Part shown: piece by piece, positions 1 to 11,995 of the stretch
How positions within the stretch are numbered: position 1 is the stretch's first letter
Layout of the letters: every line of letters begins with the position of its first letter
Assembly: GCA_958009085.1 (NCBI GenBank)
Contig: OY253672.1
Location: forward strand, 1,302,001 to 1,366,000
DNA from: Protoeuglena noctilucae
Lineage: Eukaryota
Direction: 5' to 3'
DNA length: 64,000 bases
Notes under the pieces: model-generated
The model's input: only the letters and a program-made list of their open reading frames with translations
Databases searched by the model: none
Told to the model about the DNA's origin: nothing
Translations under genes and position numbers: made by a program

Positions 1-1590
1 GGCAAAGCGTGCGGAGAGGGCAGAGGCCGAGGTGGCAGCACTGCAGGCGGGCCACGGAAGGTGACGAAGCAGGCACAACGATATGTTTTGGTAGCGGCCC
101 TGTGCCAGCAGTCCGCGGAATTGCACCGGTTGATGCCGACGATGCTTGTGCTGCTTGCGCTGGCATGCGATGCAGACAGCAAAGCAGTAAAGCACGTTTG
201 GCGAGACAACACAGCACGTTTGGTGCCCGCAGGGCCGTGGAGCGGTCCAGGGCCGCGGACGCCGACCTCGACCGACTGAGGGGCGAGGCGGCTGCGGCGA
301 CGAAAGAGGCTGAGGCTGCCCGGGCCATGCTGGCAGAGGCGCTGGGGAGGGAGGAGGAGCTCAGGTGCGGTGCAGCACTAGATTAGTGATGGGTGGCATT
401 GAGATGTCTTTAACTCACGAACGCTGAGGGGCTGCGTAGAGCCCAGCTGGATCAGCTGGACTGTGCATACACGGGTCCTTGAATTGTAACCTGCCACTGA
501 TCACTTGACTCTCCCATCGCCATGCGTGCAGCCGTCGTTGTGAGGCCCTGGCTACGGCGCAGGACGAGGCTGTCGAGCGCCTGAGGGTGGCGGAGGCGGC
601 GGCAGCAGCAGCGAGGGAGGACAGCGAGCGGGCGACCCAGGTGAGCGTCGCATTGCAGCGCGACGGGCACACTCATGACGGGCAGTCCCACTCACGAGCC
701 AAGCTGCGCGGAGCCAGGCAGCTTGTGCTAAGCTGCGTGGTGTCGCAGGGACCACGCTTGCATCTCAGGAAACTAGCATGCACTCGCTTCTCCGCCCGCA
801 GTCGCTCCAGCGTGCGCAAGTCGAGCTGCGGAAGCTTCGTGCCGCGCCCCCGCCGGCTTCGGACGCCACCGCACAGCAGCTGGAGGAGCAGCTGCGCAAG
901 GAGCGCAAGGCCTCGCAGAAGTTCATGGCCGTGCGCACGAGGATGTACCGGGAGGTCGTCGAGAAAGGCAAGGGACGCGCACGTGGTCTGATGTGGCATG
1001 CCATGACATGCACACCGGGTGTCTGTCCACTCCGCGGTCACCTGCACACCTCGCCAGCCCTTGCACCTGCCTTCTTTAACTTCATCACTCTCATGAGCCT
1101 GCTTGCACATCCGAATGCCAGCGGTGGCGTCTGCGCTGCCCCCGCAGGGTTGGCGATCGACGAGGAGCAAGTGCGGCGATTGGAGGCGGCGTTCTGCGGG
1201 GAGTTTGACCACACCGAGAAGGCCCAGCGTTACAAGGCGGAGATCCGCCGGCTGCAGGCCAAGCTGGGCGTCGAGGGGACGCCTCTGCGGGCCATCAGCG
1301 CCAACACGCCCGGCACCATTTCCAAGGCTGAGGCGACGAAGGTGACAGTCGCGGCGCTGTGGAATGCGTATGACTGGGCTGCTGCTTATGTCGACTAGAT
1401 TTAAGGCAGATCGTAGAGATGGTGCACTTGACCGAGTGCCAGTCGCGGCGGGTCTCTTGCACTGGGGAAGGGTCTTGTCACGCGCCAGCAAGGGAGGGTG
1501 CGCAGTGACATATGCAATCTCATTGCGTCCACGCAGGCGAGGGCCGGGCCCATCAAGGTCGAGGATGCTGGCAAGGAGAACGTGATGTAG
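1..1590 (+). CDS. Partial (5'-truncated) multi-exon coiled-coil protein with a C-terminal KEN box
   Basis: Phase-compatible exons (about 232-364, 531-640, 802-967, 1148-1341, 1538-1590) encode E/A/R/K-rich helical sequence (SLQRAQVELRKL..QQLEEQLRKERK..YKAEIRRLQAKL). The last exon reads ARAGPIKVEDAGKENVM then TAG. No family recognised. Confidence 0.55.
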
Positions 1591-1998
1591 CATCTCACAA
1601 TGCATGAGCGTTGGTGTCAGTGGCACTGGCCTGGGCTCCTGCAGAGCAATTTGAACTGCGAGAGTTATCGAGCGTCCGCGCGTCTAGCACCACAGTCTGG
1701 CAAGCGCGGGCGCAAGGGCAGGGCGGCTCGAGCCAATCGGTAGGCAAGGAGTGTAGCTAAGGCAGGAAACGACTCGTGAGTGCAAAACATGCTGGCGAAC
1801 ATCGACGAGCTGGCCGCAAAAGGCCGCTAAAGCAAAGGCTGACGATGCAGAACCTCTCGCAACACCTCCACGCGTCCTGAGAGACGCGCCCCTCGCCATC
1901 CATCACCCGTCCCAACGCCTTGCCGCAAGCGCGCCACGCTTGATCAGCCAGCGTGGCGGTGCGCGGCACATAGACCCCGCTTAGTCCCATGGCCTCTT

Positions 1999-4900
1999 CT
2001 ACTGACCAGCGCTGTCCTCATCCGGGGGGCTGTGGTGCAAGGGCGTATGGTGATAGTGTCAACATGAATGCACTTACAGCGTAGCACAGCCTGCAGTTCA
2101 AACATCAAATATCACAAGTCACCTGTACCCGGGGCTCGTTGGGCTGTATGCCGGGCTGGTAGGCGAGTATGCCGGGCTGGTGGGGCTGTAAGCCGGGCTC
2201 GTGGGCGAGTAGGCCGGGCTGGTTGGCGAGTAAGCAGGACTCGTCGGGCTGTATGCCGGGCTGGTTGGCGAGTAGGCTGGGCTGGTCGGGCTGTATGCCG
2301 GGCTGGTGGGGCTGTAAGCCGGGCTGGTCGGGCTGTAAGCCGGACTCGTCGGGCTGTATGCCGGGCTTGTTGGCGAGTAAGCCGGGCTTGTCGGCGAGTA
2401 AGCCGGACTCGTCGGGCTGTATGCCGGGCTGGTGGGCGAGTAAGCCGGGCTGGTTGGCGAGTAGGCAGGGCTCGTCGGGCTGTAAGCCGGGCTCGTCGGG
2501 CTGTAGGCCGGGCTCGTCGGGCTGTAGGCCGGGCTCGTCGGGCTGTAGGCCGGGCTCATCGGGCTGTAGGCCGGGCTCGTCGGGCTGTAAGCCGGGCTCG
2601 TCGGGCTGTAGGCCGGGCTCGTCGGGCTGTAGGCCGGGCTTGTCGGACTATAAGCCGGGCTTGTGGGCGAGTAAGCCGGGCTGGTGGGCGAGTAAGCCGG
2701 GCTCGTCGGACTGTAAGCTGGGCTGGTCGGCGAGTATGCCGGGCTCGTCCCAAACGCACCTCCACCCCTGGGCGGAGAGAAGAGCCCACCCGCGCCCCTG
2801 CCGGGCGAGAAGAGGCCCTTGAGGTCATCCCCCGCGTCAAAGAGGTCCAACGCCGGCGACACCATGCCGTCCAGGGACCCCTGGTGGTACGGCGTCTGCC
2901 CGCCAGCCATGCTGTAGCCCGGGGTCTGCCCCCCGGCCCCGCCGCGGCCGACCGTCACGCCCGCCTGCGCCACGTCGATGGCGTCCAACAGCGCGTTCTC
3001 ATTCAGGAGCAGCTGGAAGGAGTTGGTGCCGATGGCCGCCTGCTGGCCCATCATGATGGCCGGGGACACCCCGAGGAGGTTGTCGTGCTCACCCCACACG
3101 GCGGCCCTCATGAAGATCTCCACCGTCTCCTCGAACGACGCCTGGGCGATGGGGCCCCGGCCGTGGCGGTTGATGCCGTGCCGGGTGATGGCCGAGATGG
3201 CCCCCGTGTACGTCATCATGTCCACCAGGAGCGCCACGTGGCGCACGTTCACCGACGACGACTCCATCACCGCCTTGAGCTCGCGGAGGAGGGACGCCCG
3301 CGCGGCCTCGATGCCCAGCACCAGCGCCACCTCCGTCATGTGGTTGGAGTAGACCCGCGTGGGGTCGACCCCGTCGCACATGAGCACGTCCAGGAGCGCG
3401 TTGCCGTCCGTCACCAGCCGCCACTCCTCGCGCGTGTCCCACGCCCCGTCTGCGCGCAGCACGGGCTCCTTGAACGACGCCACGAAGACGCGCTTGATGT
3501 TCTCGATGCCCTTGATCTTGATCTTGAGCATCTCGGGGATGACCCGCTCCTTCAGGAAGTGCACGTCCGCCTCACTGGCACCCTCGTCGGCGTCGGGCGG
3601 CATGGTCGTGCGCACGTGGATCACGTCGTGCGGCACGCCCTGCTCCGTCCCGTCGTCGCGGAAGTAGTTGGGCGCCGTGTGCGACACGTGCACGTCGTCA
3701 ACGAACCACTCCTTGATCCGGTTGGCCACGAACCCGGCCCGCGCGTCGATCGCAGCCAGCTTGTCGTTGACCATGGTCGAGTCCAGCTTCACCCGCACCA
3801 GCCACGGGCTCAGCCCCTGCGCCGCGTTCTCATCCTCCATCTCGTAGTAGTCCTCCACCCAGGCCTGGTCGTCCGGCACCACCGTGCGCCGAGGGTCGGG
3901 GTCGTACCACACCTCCACGGCCTCCACGATGTCCCGCAGCACCGTGAACTCGAGCCACGTCGACACCTTCTTCGCCTGGTCGTTGCTCACGCGGTACTCA
4001 TCGGACAGGTGCACCGTCAGCGAGGGCGTCTTGATGTGCTGCGCCGCGTTGATGAGCTCCTGGAGACGCGGCACCCCCGTCGTCAGGTTGCTGCCCGCAC
4101 CGGCCGTGTGGAACCTGCGGGGGACGGGGGACATGCCAGGGTTGGCCCAGGACACGAGCACGACTGCTTCGGTCCAAGCATGGATACCGGCACAGGCAAG
4201 TTGCAACCCTGATAGGGCAGATCCACGCACCGAGCAACACGCAGGCGCACCCCATAGGTCCCAGGCATGTGAGGCACTCTCGTCTGCACACGCAGGCATG
4301 CCCCCCGGGCCCCAAGCACTCACGTGTTGAGGGTCATCTGGGTGGTGGGCTCCCCCAGCGACTGGGCCGCAATGACGCCGACCATCTCCCCGGGCACGGC
4401 CAGAGCCATCTGGAAACGCCGCTCGATCTCGCCCAGCACCCACGCGAAGGCCTCCTGGCTGAGGCGGTGCTCCCCGACGATGCGCTTGGAGGCGAGCTGG
4501 AAGCGGAGGTGGGCCGCCAGGAGGCGCGTCGAGTCCCGCTGGGCCGCCACCGAGATGTCGTCGTTGCCGTGGACGACGACGAGCCGCGCGACGAGCTCCC
4601 GCACGCGGCGGATGACGTCCGGCACCCGCAGTGTCGACGGCGTGCGGCGCGCCGGGTTGATGCCGAACCGCGTCTGCGCGTTCCACAGCAGCCGCGTCAC
4701 GTTGCACGGCAGCACGGCCCGCGACTCGGCGGGCGGCAGGAGCGCCAGGCGGCCCGACGTGAGCGCCCGCCAGTCCTCCCGCAGCTGCTCCATCTCCCTC
4801 TCCACCTCCTGCCGGCCACGCGCGTCGTTGCGCAGCTCCAGCAGCGCCTGGGGGTCCAGCAGGTCCTGGTGGTCGCACCAGGCGGGGTTGTCGAGCGGCC

Positions 4901-7900
4901 ACTCCACCTCCTGGCGGAAGCGGTCGTGCCGCATGCCCGCCTGCGACATGCGCTGCCGCTCAATCTGCGTGGGGTCCATCCCGTCCTCGCCGTACAGGAA
5001 CTGCACCACCTCCCCCAGCGCGTTACGGACCGTGCCGTCGTACGCGATCATGAGGTCCTCCATCGCCTTAATGAACCTCCGCTGGATGTACCCCGACGTG
5101 GCGGTCTTGACGGCCGTGTCGATCACGCCCTCGCGCCCGCCGCACGCGTGGAAAAAGAACTCCTGGGGCGTGAGCCCGAACAGGTACGAGTTCTGCACGA
5201 ACCCGCGCGCCTCGGGCCCCAGGTCGCCCTTGGTGAAGTGTGGGAGGGTGCGGCTGCGGAAGCCCTCGCGGATGCGCTTGCCGTCGACGTTCTGCTGCGC
5301 CACGCAGGCGATGATCTGGGCCAGGTTGATGTCCTTGCCCTTGGACCCCGACGAGGCCATGTGCTTGATGTTGTTCGTCTCTGGCACGGCCTCGCGCACC
5401 AGCTTCCCGGCCTCGTTACGCGCCTCGTTGAGTCGGTTCAGCACCTTGTGCTCGAACGTCTCCTGGACCGTCATGCCCGGCTCGGCCGTGAGCTCGTTCG
5501 CCTTGTACGTCTTGACCATGGCCCCCACGTCCACCTTAGCCCTGTCGATGGCCTCTGTGATCTTGACCATCGTGCGCTGGTCGACCACGCAGTCGCCCAC
5601 GCCGATCGAGAAGCCCTCGCTCACGAGCCACGACGTGACGCATAAGTTCACGTGGTTGAGGAACATCCGCGTCTGGTCGCCGCCCAGCTGCATCCAGATG
5701 GTGTGGACCAGGCCGCCCCCGGACGACCCGAGCGTGCCCTTGCAGAGCGTCCCGGTCAGGAGCTCGCCCCGCTCGATCAACACCTTGGTGTCCTCGGGCG
5801 TGTGGTCGGGCTCGTCCTCGCCCTTGCCCCAGGACGCCACGCCGCGCAGGTTGATGTCCGGGAGCAGGAGGGAGATGACCTGCTTGCCGGTCCACAGCGG
5901 CCGGGGCTTGAGTACGGCGGGCATCGGCAGCCGGCCGTCCCACGTCTCCACGCACATCACGATGCTCATGAAGAGGTCGCGGTCGATGAACTTGTCCCGC
6001 ATCGTCATGATGCGCGCCCCGACCAGCGAGTCCTGCACCGTCCCCACCACAGGCTTATTCGCCTGCCCGGACACGATGTTGTGCGGCACCATCATCAGGT
6101 GGCGCATCTCGGAACGCGTCTCGTGCGACTGCGGCACGTGCATGTTCATCTCGTCGCCGTCGAAGTCTGCGAGCGCGGGACGGGGACGGGTCAGGTGCGG
6201 GCGCTGGTGCGGGTGAGGTGCGAGAGGTGCGGGTGTGGTGTGAGGGATGGCAAAGCATAGCTGTGCCACTCACCGGCGTTGTAGGGGCTCGTGACGGTCA
6301 CGTTCATCCGGAACGTCGAGAAGGGAAGCACGCGCACGCGGTGGCCCATCATAGACATCTGCGGGGGCAAGGGGCCAGGCAGCGTCACTCTCAGTTCCGT
6401 CCATCGCAGACCCACTGCGTCGCGGATGCCATGGTTCTACAACCCCTTGCTTGCGGACCGATTGCCTCAGGCCCGGCCCTGGCAAGCTCGGCGCCCTTTG
6501 CGCCCTCCCTGGCCGTCCCAGACGGCCACCCCAGCACACATACGCCAAGCATCGCCAGTCACCTTGTGGAGCGACGGCTGCCGGTTGAACAGCACCACGT
6601 CGCCCGTCATGAGCTGCCGGCCCACGATGTCCCCAATCTCCAACTGACGCTCCCGCACATACGCATTCTTGGTCCCACGGAGCTGGCCCTCCCGCGTGCG
6701 CACGAACTGCGGGCGCGCGACGTGCATGCCGGTATGAGAGAGGCCCATCTGCGCTTCACCAGCCCATGCTCATCTTAGCCCGCCCATCTCAGCCACCCCG
6801 TCACAGCCCACCCGTCTCAGCCACCACAGCCCAGTACCATCCCAGCCCCGCGACACCCCGTGATGCCAGCACCATGCGCACGGTCACCTTAGCCCCCGTG
6901 ACGCCCGGCGGAGGGTCCGGGCCCGCGGCGACCATGGCCTGCAGGATGTGCTGGTTGAGCGGCGTGACGCGCTCAGGGAACGTCAGGTTGCGCGCGATCG
7001 AGTACGGCACGCCCAGCTCGTCGATGCCGATGTTGGCGTCGCCCGTGATGACCGAGCGTGCGGAGAAGTCCACGCGCTTGCCCATGAGGTTGCCACGCAC
7101 GCGGCCGTGCTTGCCCTTGAGCCGCTCCGAGATGCTCTTGATGGGGTTGTCGGAGCGGTTCTTGACCGTGGCGATCGAGGGCGACGCGTTGTTCATGTAG
7201 CCCCATATCAAGTTGCTCATCGCCATCAGCAAGTCCTCGACTTGGTGTGTCGCCGCCCCCCGCGCCTCCGCCTGCTGCAGCCGGTTGTTCGTCTCCACGA
7301 TGTTCGTCAGCGTAGACGTCAGGTCATCGGGCGACTGCAGGGCGAGAAGGGTAGGGAGGGCTGTCGGGCACATGCGCGGTGTGGGTGTGGGTCTGCAACA
7401 ACGAGCGCTGCCCTCTGCCCACTGTGTACTGCGCGCTGCGATCAGCCCCCTCCCTCTGCGCCTCGCTTCTTGCCCCTCCTGGCCCCTCTGCCATCTGCGT
7501 TGTGCCTCACCTCGAGGCCGCTTGAATCCATCACGACCGACGGGCGCACGGTCGGGGGCGGGATGGGCAGGACCTTGATGATGAGCCACTCGGGCCGGCA
7601 CCGCGCGGGTTCGAACCCCAGCGCCGCGCTGTCCTCGTCCGAAATGTTCCTCAGGATCTCCCAGGCCTTGTCCGCGTAGATGCGCTCGTGCGCGGGGTAC
7701 TGTGAGTTCTCGTCCACCTTGCGCGACGCCTCAATAATGAAGTGCCGCACGTCCTTCTTGTACTCGGGCTGCTCGTTCTCGGTGTAGGGGCACCGCCGGA
7801 CGCCCTGGGACAGCTTCACAAAGGCACGCAGGCGGTCCTCCGGTTGGCTGATGCGCATGCACCGCTGCGGGGAGGGCGGGGTGGGCTAAAGCGTTTTAAA

Positions 7901-8788
7901 AAGCATCGATTAACGCGAAGGGATACCTCGCCAGTGTCGGGGCGCCCGTCGTTTGCCACCGCAGCCCCAGCTGCGCCACTCGCCTGGTAGTCGGTGCTTT
8001 CCCGCTTGAGCAGCAGCTTGGAGCTGTAGTAGGACACGCATTTCAGGATGTGGAGGACTGTGTCCATGAAGTACGGGTGGTAGACGGCCCGCGAAAGCAC
8101 CAGGCGACCGAAGAGGCCCGGGAAGGGACGCTCCGCCCGGTCGCGCTCACGCATGTCCGAAGGCACCTGCGCTCGAGGTCGGGAAGGGCGCTCATCCCAT
8201 GCACTGTGACAAGGAGAAGCGTGGCAAGCGCGCGGGTGGGCCCGGATGCGCCGGGAGCGGCGGAGCACGGCCTCACGTTGGCCTCGACCACCCAGCCCAT
8301 CATCGCGGGGTCCGAAAGGCTCCCCGCCCGGCTCTTGCGGTCCGCCGTCCATGTTTCCGTAGTCGTGACCTCGCACACTGAGTACTTGGTCTGCGCGCAA
8401 CCACAGCGGGGGGGCTCGTCCGCGCTCCGGCGTTGCCGCCGAGGGCCCCCTGCTGCCGCTGAGGACTGGCTGCCCGCAAATCCATGCGAGCGTGGTGACA
8501 GAGCTGCCGACTGTGCGACGCCATAGGCTGCAGTCGCAAATCTGCGCTGACTCGCGCGCTGTTCGGCCCCAAAGCAAGCACCGACGCTCCCGCGCCCGAT
8601 CTGCCTCCCGGTAAGAGAGGTCTGACGCCGTGAGATCCCATGACATGAAAATCTCACGACGGGGTCCGGAGCACGCAGGGAACCGTGCGCAATCTCCTGG
8701 CGGGAGGTCTCACCGTCTCCTCCGGCCCCAAAACCCCAAACGTGACCCCCCGGATCCGCTTCCATGGTACGAGGGCCGCCGACTCCAT
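1999..8788 (-). CDS. RPB1: RNA polymerase II largest subunit, about 11 exons
   Basis: Motifs include [26 protein letters not shown], the catalytic [11 protein letters not shown] (split by an intron at about 6168-6272), the bridge helix [13 protein letters not shown], the trigger loop [11 protein letters not shown] and a heptad CTD. ATG at 8788 ([24 protein letters not shown]). A probable last micro-exon at 1999-2029 gives [11 protein letters not shown]; if unspliced, the stop is TGA at 2119. Confidence 0.97.
2125..2736 (-). repeat. RPB1 CTD: 29 tandem 21-nt units encoding YSPTSPA heptads
   Basis: First to last Tyr codon spans 609 nt = 29 x 21. All heptads are YSPTSPA except the 9th (YSPMSPA) and the last (YSPTSPG). 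Units differ at synonymous sites. Confidence 0.95.
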
Positions 8789-9165
8789 GTCTGCGGCCCC
8801 GACGGCCTGCCCCGCCCCTCCCGCTCCCCTGCCGGCCTGTGCGCGATGATGTGCGGCGCCTTGCCGGATTCAGGGCTTCCAGGCAACCGCGCGCGACAGA
8901 CGAGGGTGCGGTGTTATCAAGCACACAGGATTGACCAAATGCCGATGCTGCCAGGCCCTTCTCTGCGCACGGCTCGACACGGTTCGCCAGCGCCCGGTGG
9001 TGTCAGCGGCGCCCTGTTTGTCCGATGCATCTGCCGGTCCGATGCACTCATTGCCGTCACCATGAGTACGATGACCAAGTTCAAAGCAACTCTGCCGTGT
9101 TTTGGGCTCGCAGGACGCGCCACACGCTGAGCAATGCGCAAGGGGCGGGCTTTAAGGGTGGGCTC

Positions 9166-10351
9166 TCAGGGCCGATCTCCAAGGAAATCCCGCAGATGGT
9201 TCGAGAATGCCTCGAAGATGACGGTCAATGGCTTCCCGTCGTGCCAGAAGATGTAGTGGCGCGCCCAGAAGGGTCCCTGTGAGGAGCAGGGCCCGTAAAA
9301 GGCCATCAAACACAAACAGGAAGCGCGTCCGCCGCTTGCAACGAGCGGCACGTACCTGAGAGCCCAGCTGCTCTTCCAAGAATGGGCTGTGTCCGTAGTA
9401 AATGCGCCTGATGTCGCGGTACAGCTCCAGGCGCCCCTTGGTCAGGTTGACCCAAATGGGCTGCGTCAAGGACGAAGCACTTGATATCAGAAGCAAGCTG
9501 CAGCTCGCAGGGTCATGTCGGCAGCGAGCAGCAAGTGACCATCGCCCTCGTCTGCTGTCGCCGATGGCCCCACCTCGCCCGCCAGCACTCACTTGCTCCC
9601 GATCCTTCATGTACACCCCCGCCTCCTGCGCGTTCCACCACGACGTAGCAAAAACCAACGCCTGGGAGCAACACGGACCACTGCTACCTTTCACCCCCCG
9701 AGCTGCACGGTGGCCCTGGCCCCTGGTCCCAGCACAGAGCCTCACCCGCTCACCCTGGACTCGGCGTCACCAGAGCGCAGGAGCACTTTCCGCTGCAGTC
9801 GGGGACTTGAAACCAGCCGTGCGTCCTCAGGGAGCCCCTCTGCCGCCTCTCCCACCTCAGCCATCTGCAGCAGCCGTGCACCGACACGTGGTGGTCCCAA
9901 CACCGCAGCTGACAGACATTGGTCACAACCGAATGCTCCCCAGCCAACCGACGCAATGCGAGAGCGCAGGGTGGCGCCCTCGCCTCGATGCAATCCACGT
10001 GGACCTCCCGTTTCGTGAGGAGCTGCAGGTGCCGCGTCACGGACCCGTCGCTGAGCAGCATGACGCGCCAGGGGGGCGGCAGGTCCTCACACGGTCTACT
10101 ACCCAGCGCCTCCGCCTGCGTATGCGTGGCAAGGGCGCCTCGATGATTCCATCGCGATTTGCCAGCGGGAGCATGAGCACGACCCAGCCTGGCGATCGTG
10201 CCTCAGTACCCTCCCAGAGGACATCGTTGAAGACGCCCCGTGGACTCGAGATGGCACACAGCCGTGGCCCACGCCGCGTCACACGTCGCCGCCAAAGCCA
10301 GCTGCTGGAGAGTGGTCGGGAATTGATGCTCATGTGCAAATGGCAAGGCAT
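9166..10351 (-). CDS. DUF98 / Ycf21-like (chorismate-lyase-fold) protein, probably plastid-targeted
   Basis: Spliced product contains WRVMLLSDGSVTRHLQLLT, QRKVLLR, LVFATSWW, PIWVNL..RLELYRDIRRIYYG and GPFWARHYIFWHDGKPLTVIFEAFS. The N-terminus is S/R-rich like a transit peptide. The start codon is uncertain (10351 or 10333). Confidence 0.8.
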
Positions 10352-11075
10352 GATGCCCCCTGATCCGCTCCAGCCTGTCCTAGCCAGCCCCAGTCCCAGA
10401 CCCAACGTGCACTGTGTCCACAGTCATCGTCCCCGCTTGACGACAACGCGGGAATATGACCCAGGCGTCAGGCGTCTGGCACGAGTCAGGAGCGTTTGGT
10501 GCCCATCTGCGCGCGCGTTGCCGCTATTGCGTCACATTCGCCTACCAACGCACGGGAGTAGTCTGATTTCGCTGCACGGACCAGGCATCGATCCGCTTTT
10601 GGGGCCCACCATCTGCACATCGGTGCAGCTCGCCGATGGACGGAGAGAAGGGCAAGTGCTTCACGCGGAAGCAGCAGAAGGATAGCAAGCGGCGGGGGAG
10701 GGACCTGAAAGGACGGTTCAGCGCGCGACACGTCCGGGCCCAGGCTGCACAAGCCGAGGGCCGTGTCCAGCTGAAGCGCTGAGATGGACGGGTTTCCGGG
10801 GCAGGACGGGGGTGCTGTTATCGATGTGGGCCCGTGCGGAGTCCCTCAGTGCCGAACCTGCGAGGTAAGTCGCCCGCGGCCCGCGCCAGCCTGAAGCGAA
10901 GCACGCTGCGCCCTAAAATTAGCTTTGCCGAGCGACGCGGGGTCCTCAGCGCTGACCGTGGCCGCACGCAGCGTGGCCCCGCGATCTCCCGCAGGGCGCC
11001 GGCGCGCACAGATGCCGGACGTGCGGGGTGGTCGGCGCTGGGCATGCGAGCGAATGCTGCACGGCTGGGGCGGAC

Positions 11076-11624
11076 ATGGAACATGGGGGCGGGGACTCGC
11101 ATCGGCACTCGGTGGCGTGCGCCGTCGTAGCCCTGGTGGAGGGCCGGGCCTTCGTCCTCGTGCAAAAGCGTTGTCTGCATCTGGGCGGCAAGCTCGCCTT
11201 CCCGTCCGGCCTCGTCCGCCTCGCCTTCCTGTCCCAGCAACGCGACACGGCGGGCGCGTACGTGGCTGCCGCCAAGCAGGAGCTGTTCGAGGAGGCTGGT
11301 TTGGACCTACGCCACGAGTCTTTGATTCCATGGCGGTTCGTTCCTCACCAGGCGGCGCATGACGGGGTGGCGGGCCAGCGCCCGCTGCGGTACCACAGTG
11401 ATGTGTATTTCGTGCTGCGGTGTCAGTCAAGGCTGCCCGTGTGCGGGGGACCCCAGGAGGGGTACGAGTGGGAGATGGGGCCACTGAGCCCAGACGCAGA
11501 GGGCCTTCCCAAGGATTCCGTCAGGTGCGATAGGCAGGAAGGGTACCTAGGCACCCATTCTCTCGTCGGCCGTGTTGTCGTGGGTAGCATTCCAGGGCGC
11601 GCCAACGTGCTAGCGACATGGTAA
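11076..11624 (+). CDS. Nudix-family hydrolase with an atypical Nudix box
   Basis: VLVQKR..GGKLAFPSG followed by AAAKQELFEEAGL, which is the second half of a Nudix box. Confidence 0.6.
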   Translation: MEHGGGDSHRHSVACAVVALVEGRAFVLVQKRCLHLGGKLAFPSGLVRLAFLSQQRDTAGAYVAAAKQELFEEAGLDLRHESLIPWRFVPHQAAHDGVAGQRPLRYHSDVYFVLRCQSRLPVCGGPQEGYEWEMGPLSPDAEGLPKDSVRCDRQEGYLGTHSLVGRVVVGSIPGRANVLATW

Positions 11625-11995
11625 CGCACCGTCCCGCTCCCCGACCCGCAGTGCGTGCTTTGGCCACGCCTGGGTGCCCGTGTCGCAAGCCTTCCCAGCC
11701 ACGCCGGGCCTGTGGCACATCGTCAAGCACACGGCGGCTATGGTGGCCGAGCTGACGCCGGGCATCGTTGCGAGCCTCGCAAATGGCGCAATGCGTGGCG
11801 GATGATGTGTGGCGGATGAGGATGTTCAACTCGCGATAGAGCCCTAGTGGGACGGTTATCGCCCAGCGCCCAGCGGGCTTGCCTGCTCGCTCTCGCGAGA
11901 ACACGCCATCTAGTCGACGCGCGGCGGCGTGCGCCGAATGCCCGGCGCCGCATCGCTCCCGCGGCTCGCTCCAGCGCCCAGCCTGGGCCGCCTCG

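Noticed and set aside
2125..2750. 21-bp repeat array as a CRISPR or satellite
   Set aside because: It has no spacers and varies at synonymous positions. It is the coding RPB1 CTD.
2068..6216. Long plus-strand ORFs (714, 458 and 630 aa) opposite RPB1
   Set aside because: They are shadow ORFs caused by high GC3 codon bias and the CTD repeat, with no recognisable motifs.
1999..8788. Divergent RPB1 as a giant-virus (NCLDV) insertion or a Pol IV/V subunit
   Set aside because: It has spliceosomal introns, host-like codon usage, a canonical active site and a full heptad CTD, and its neighbours are ordinary eukaryotic housekeeping genes.
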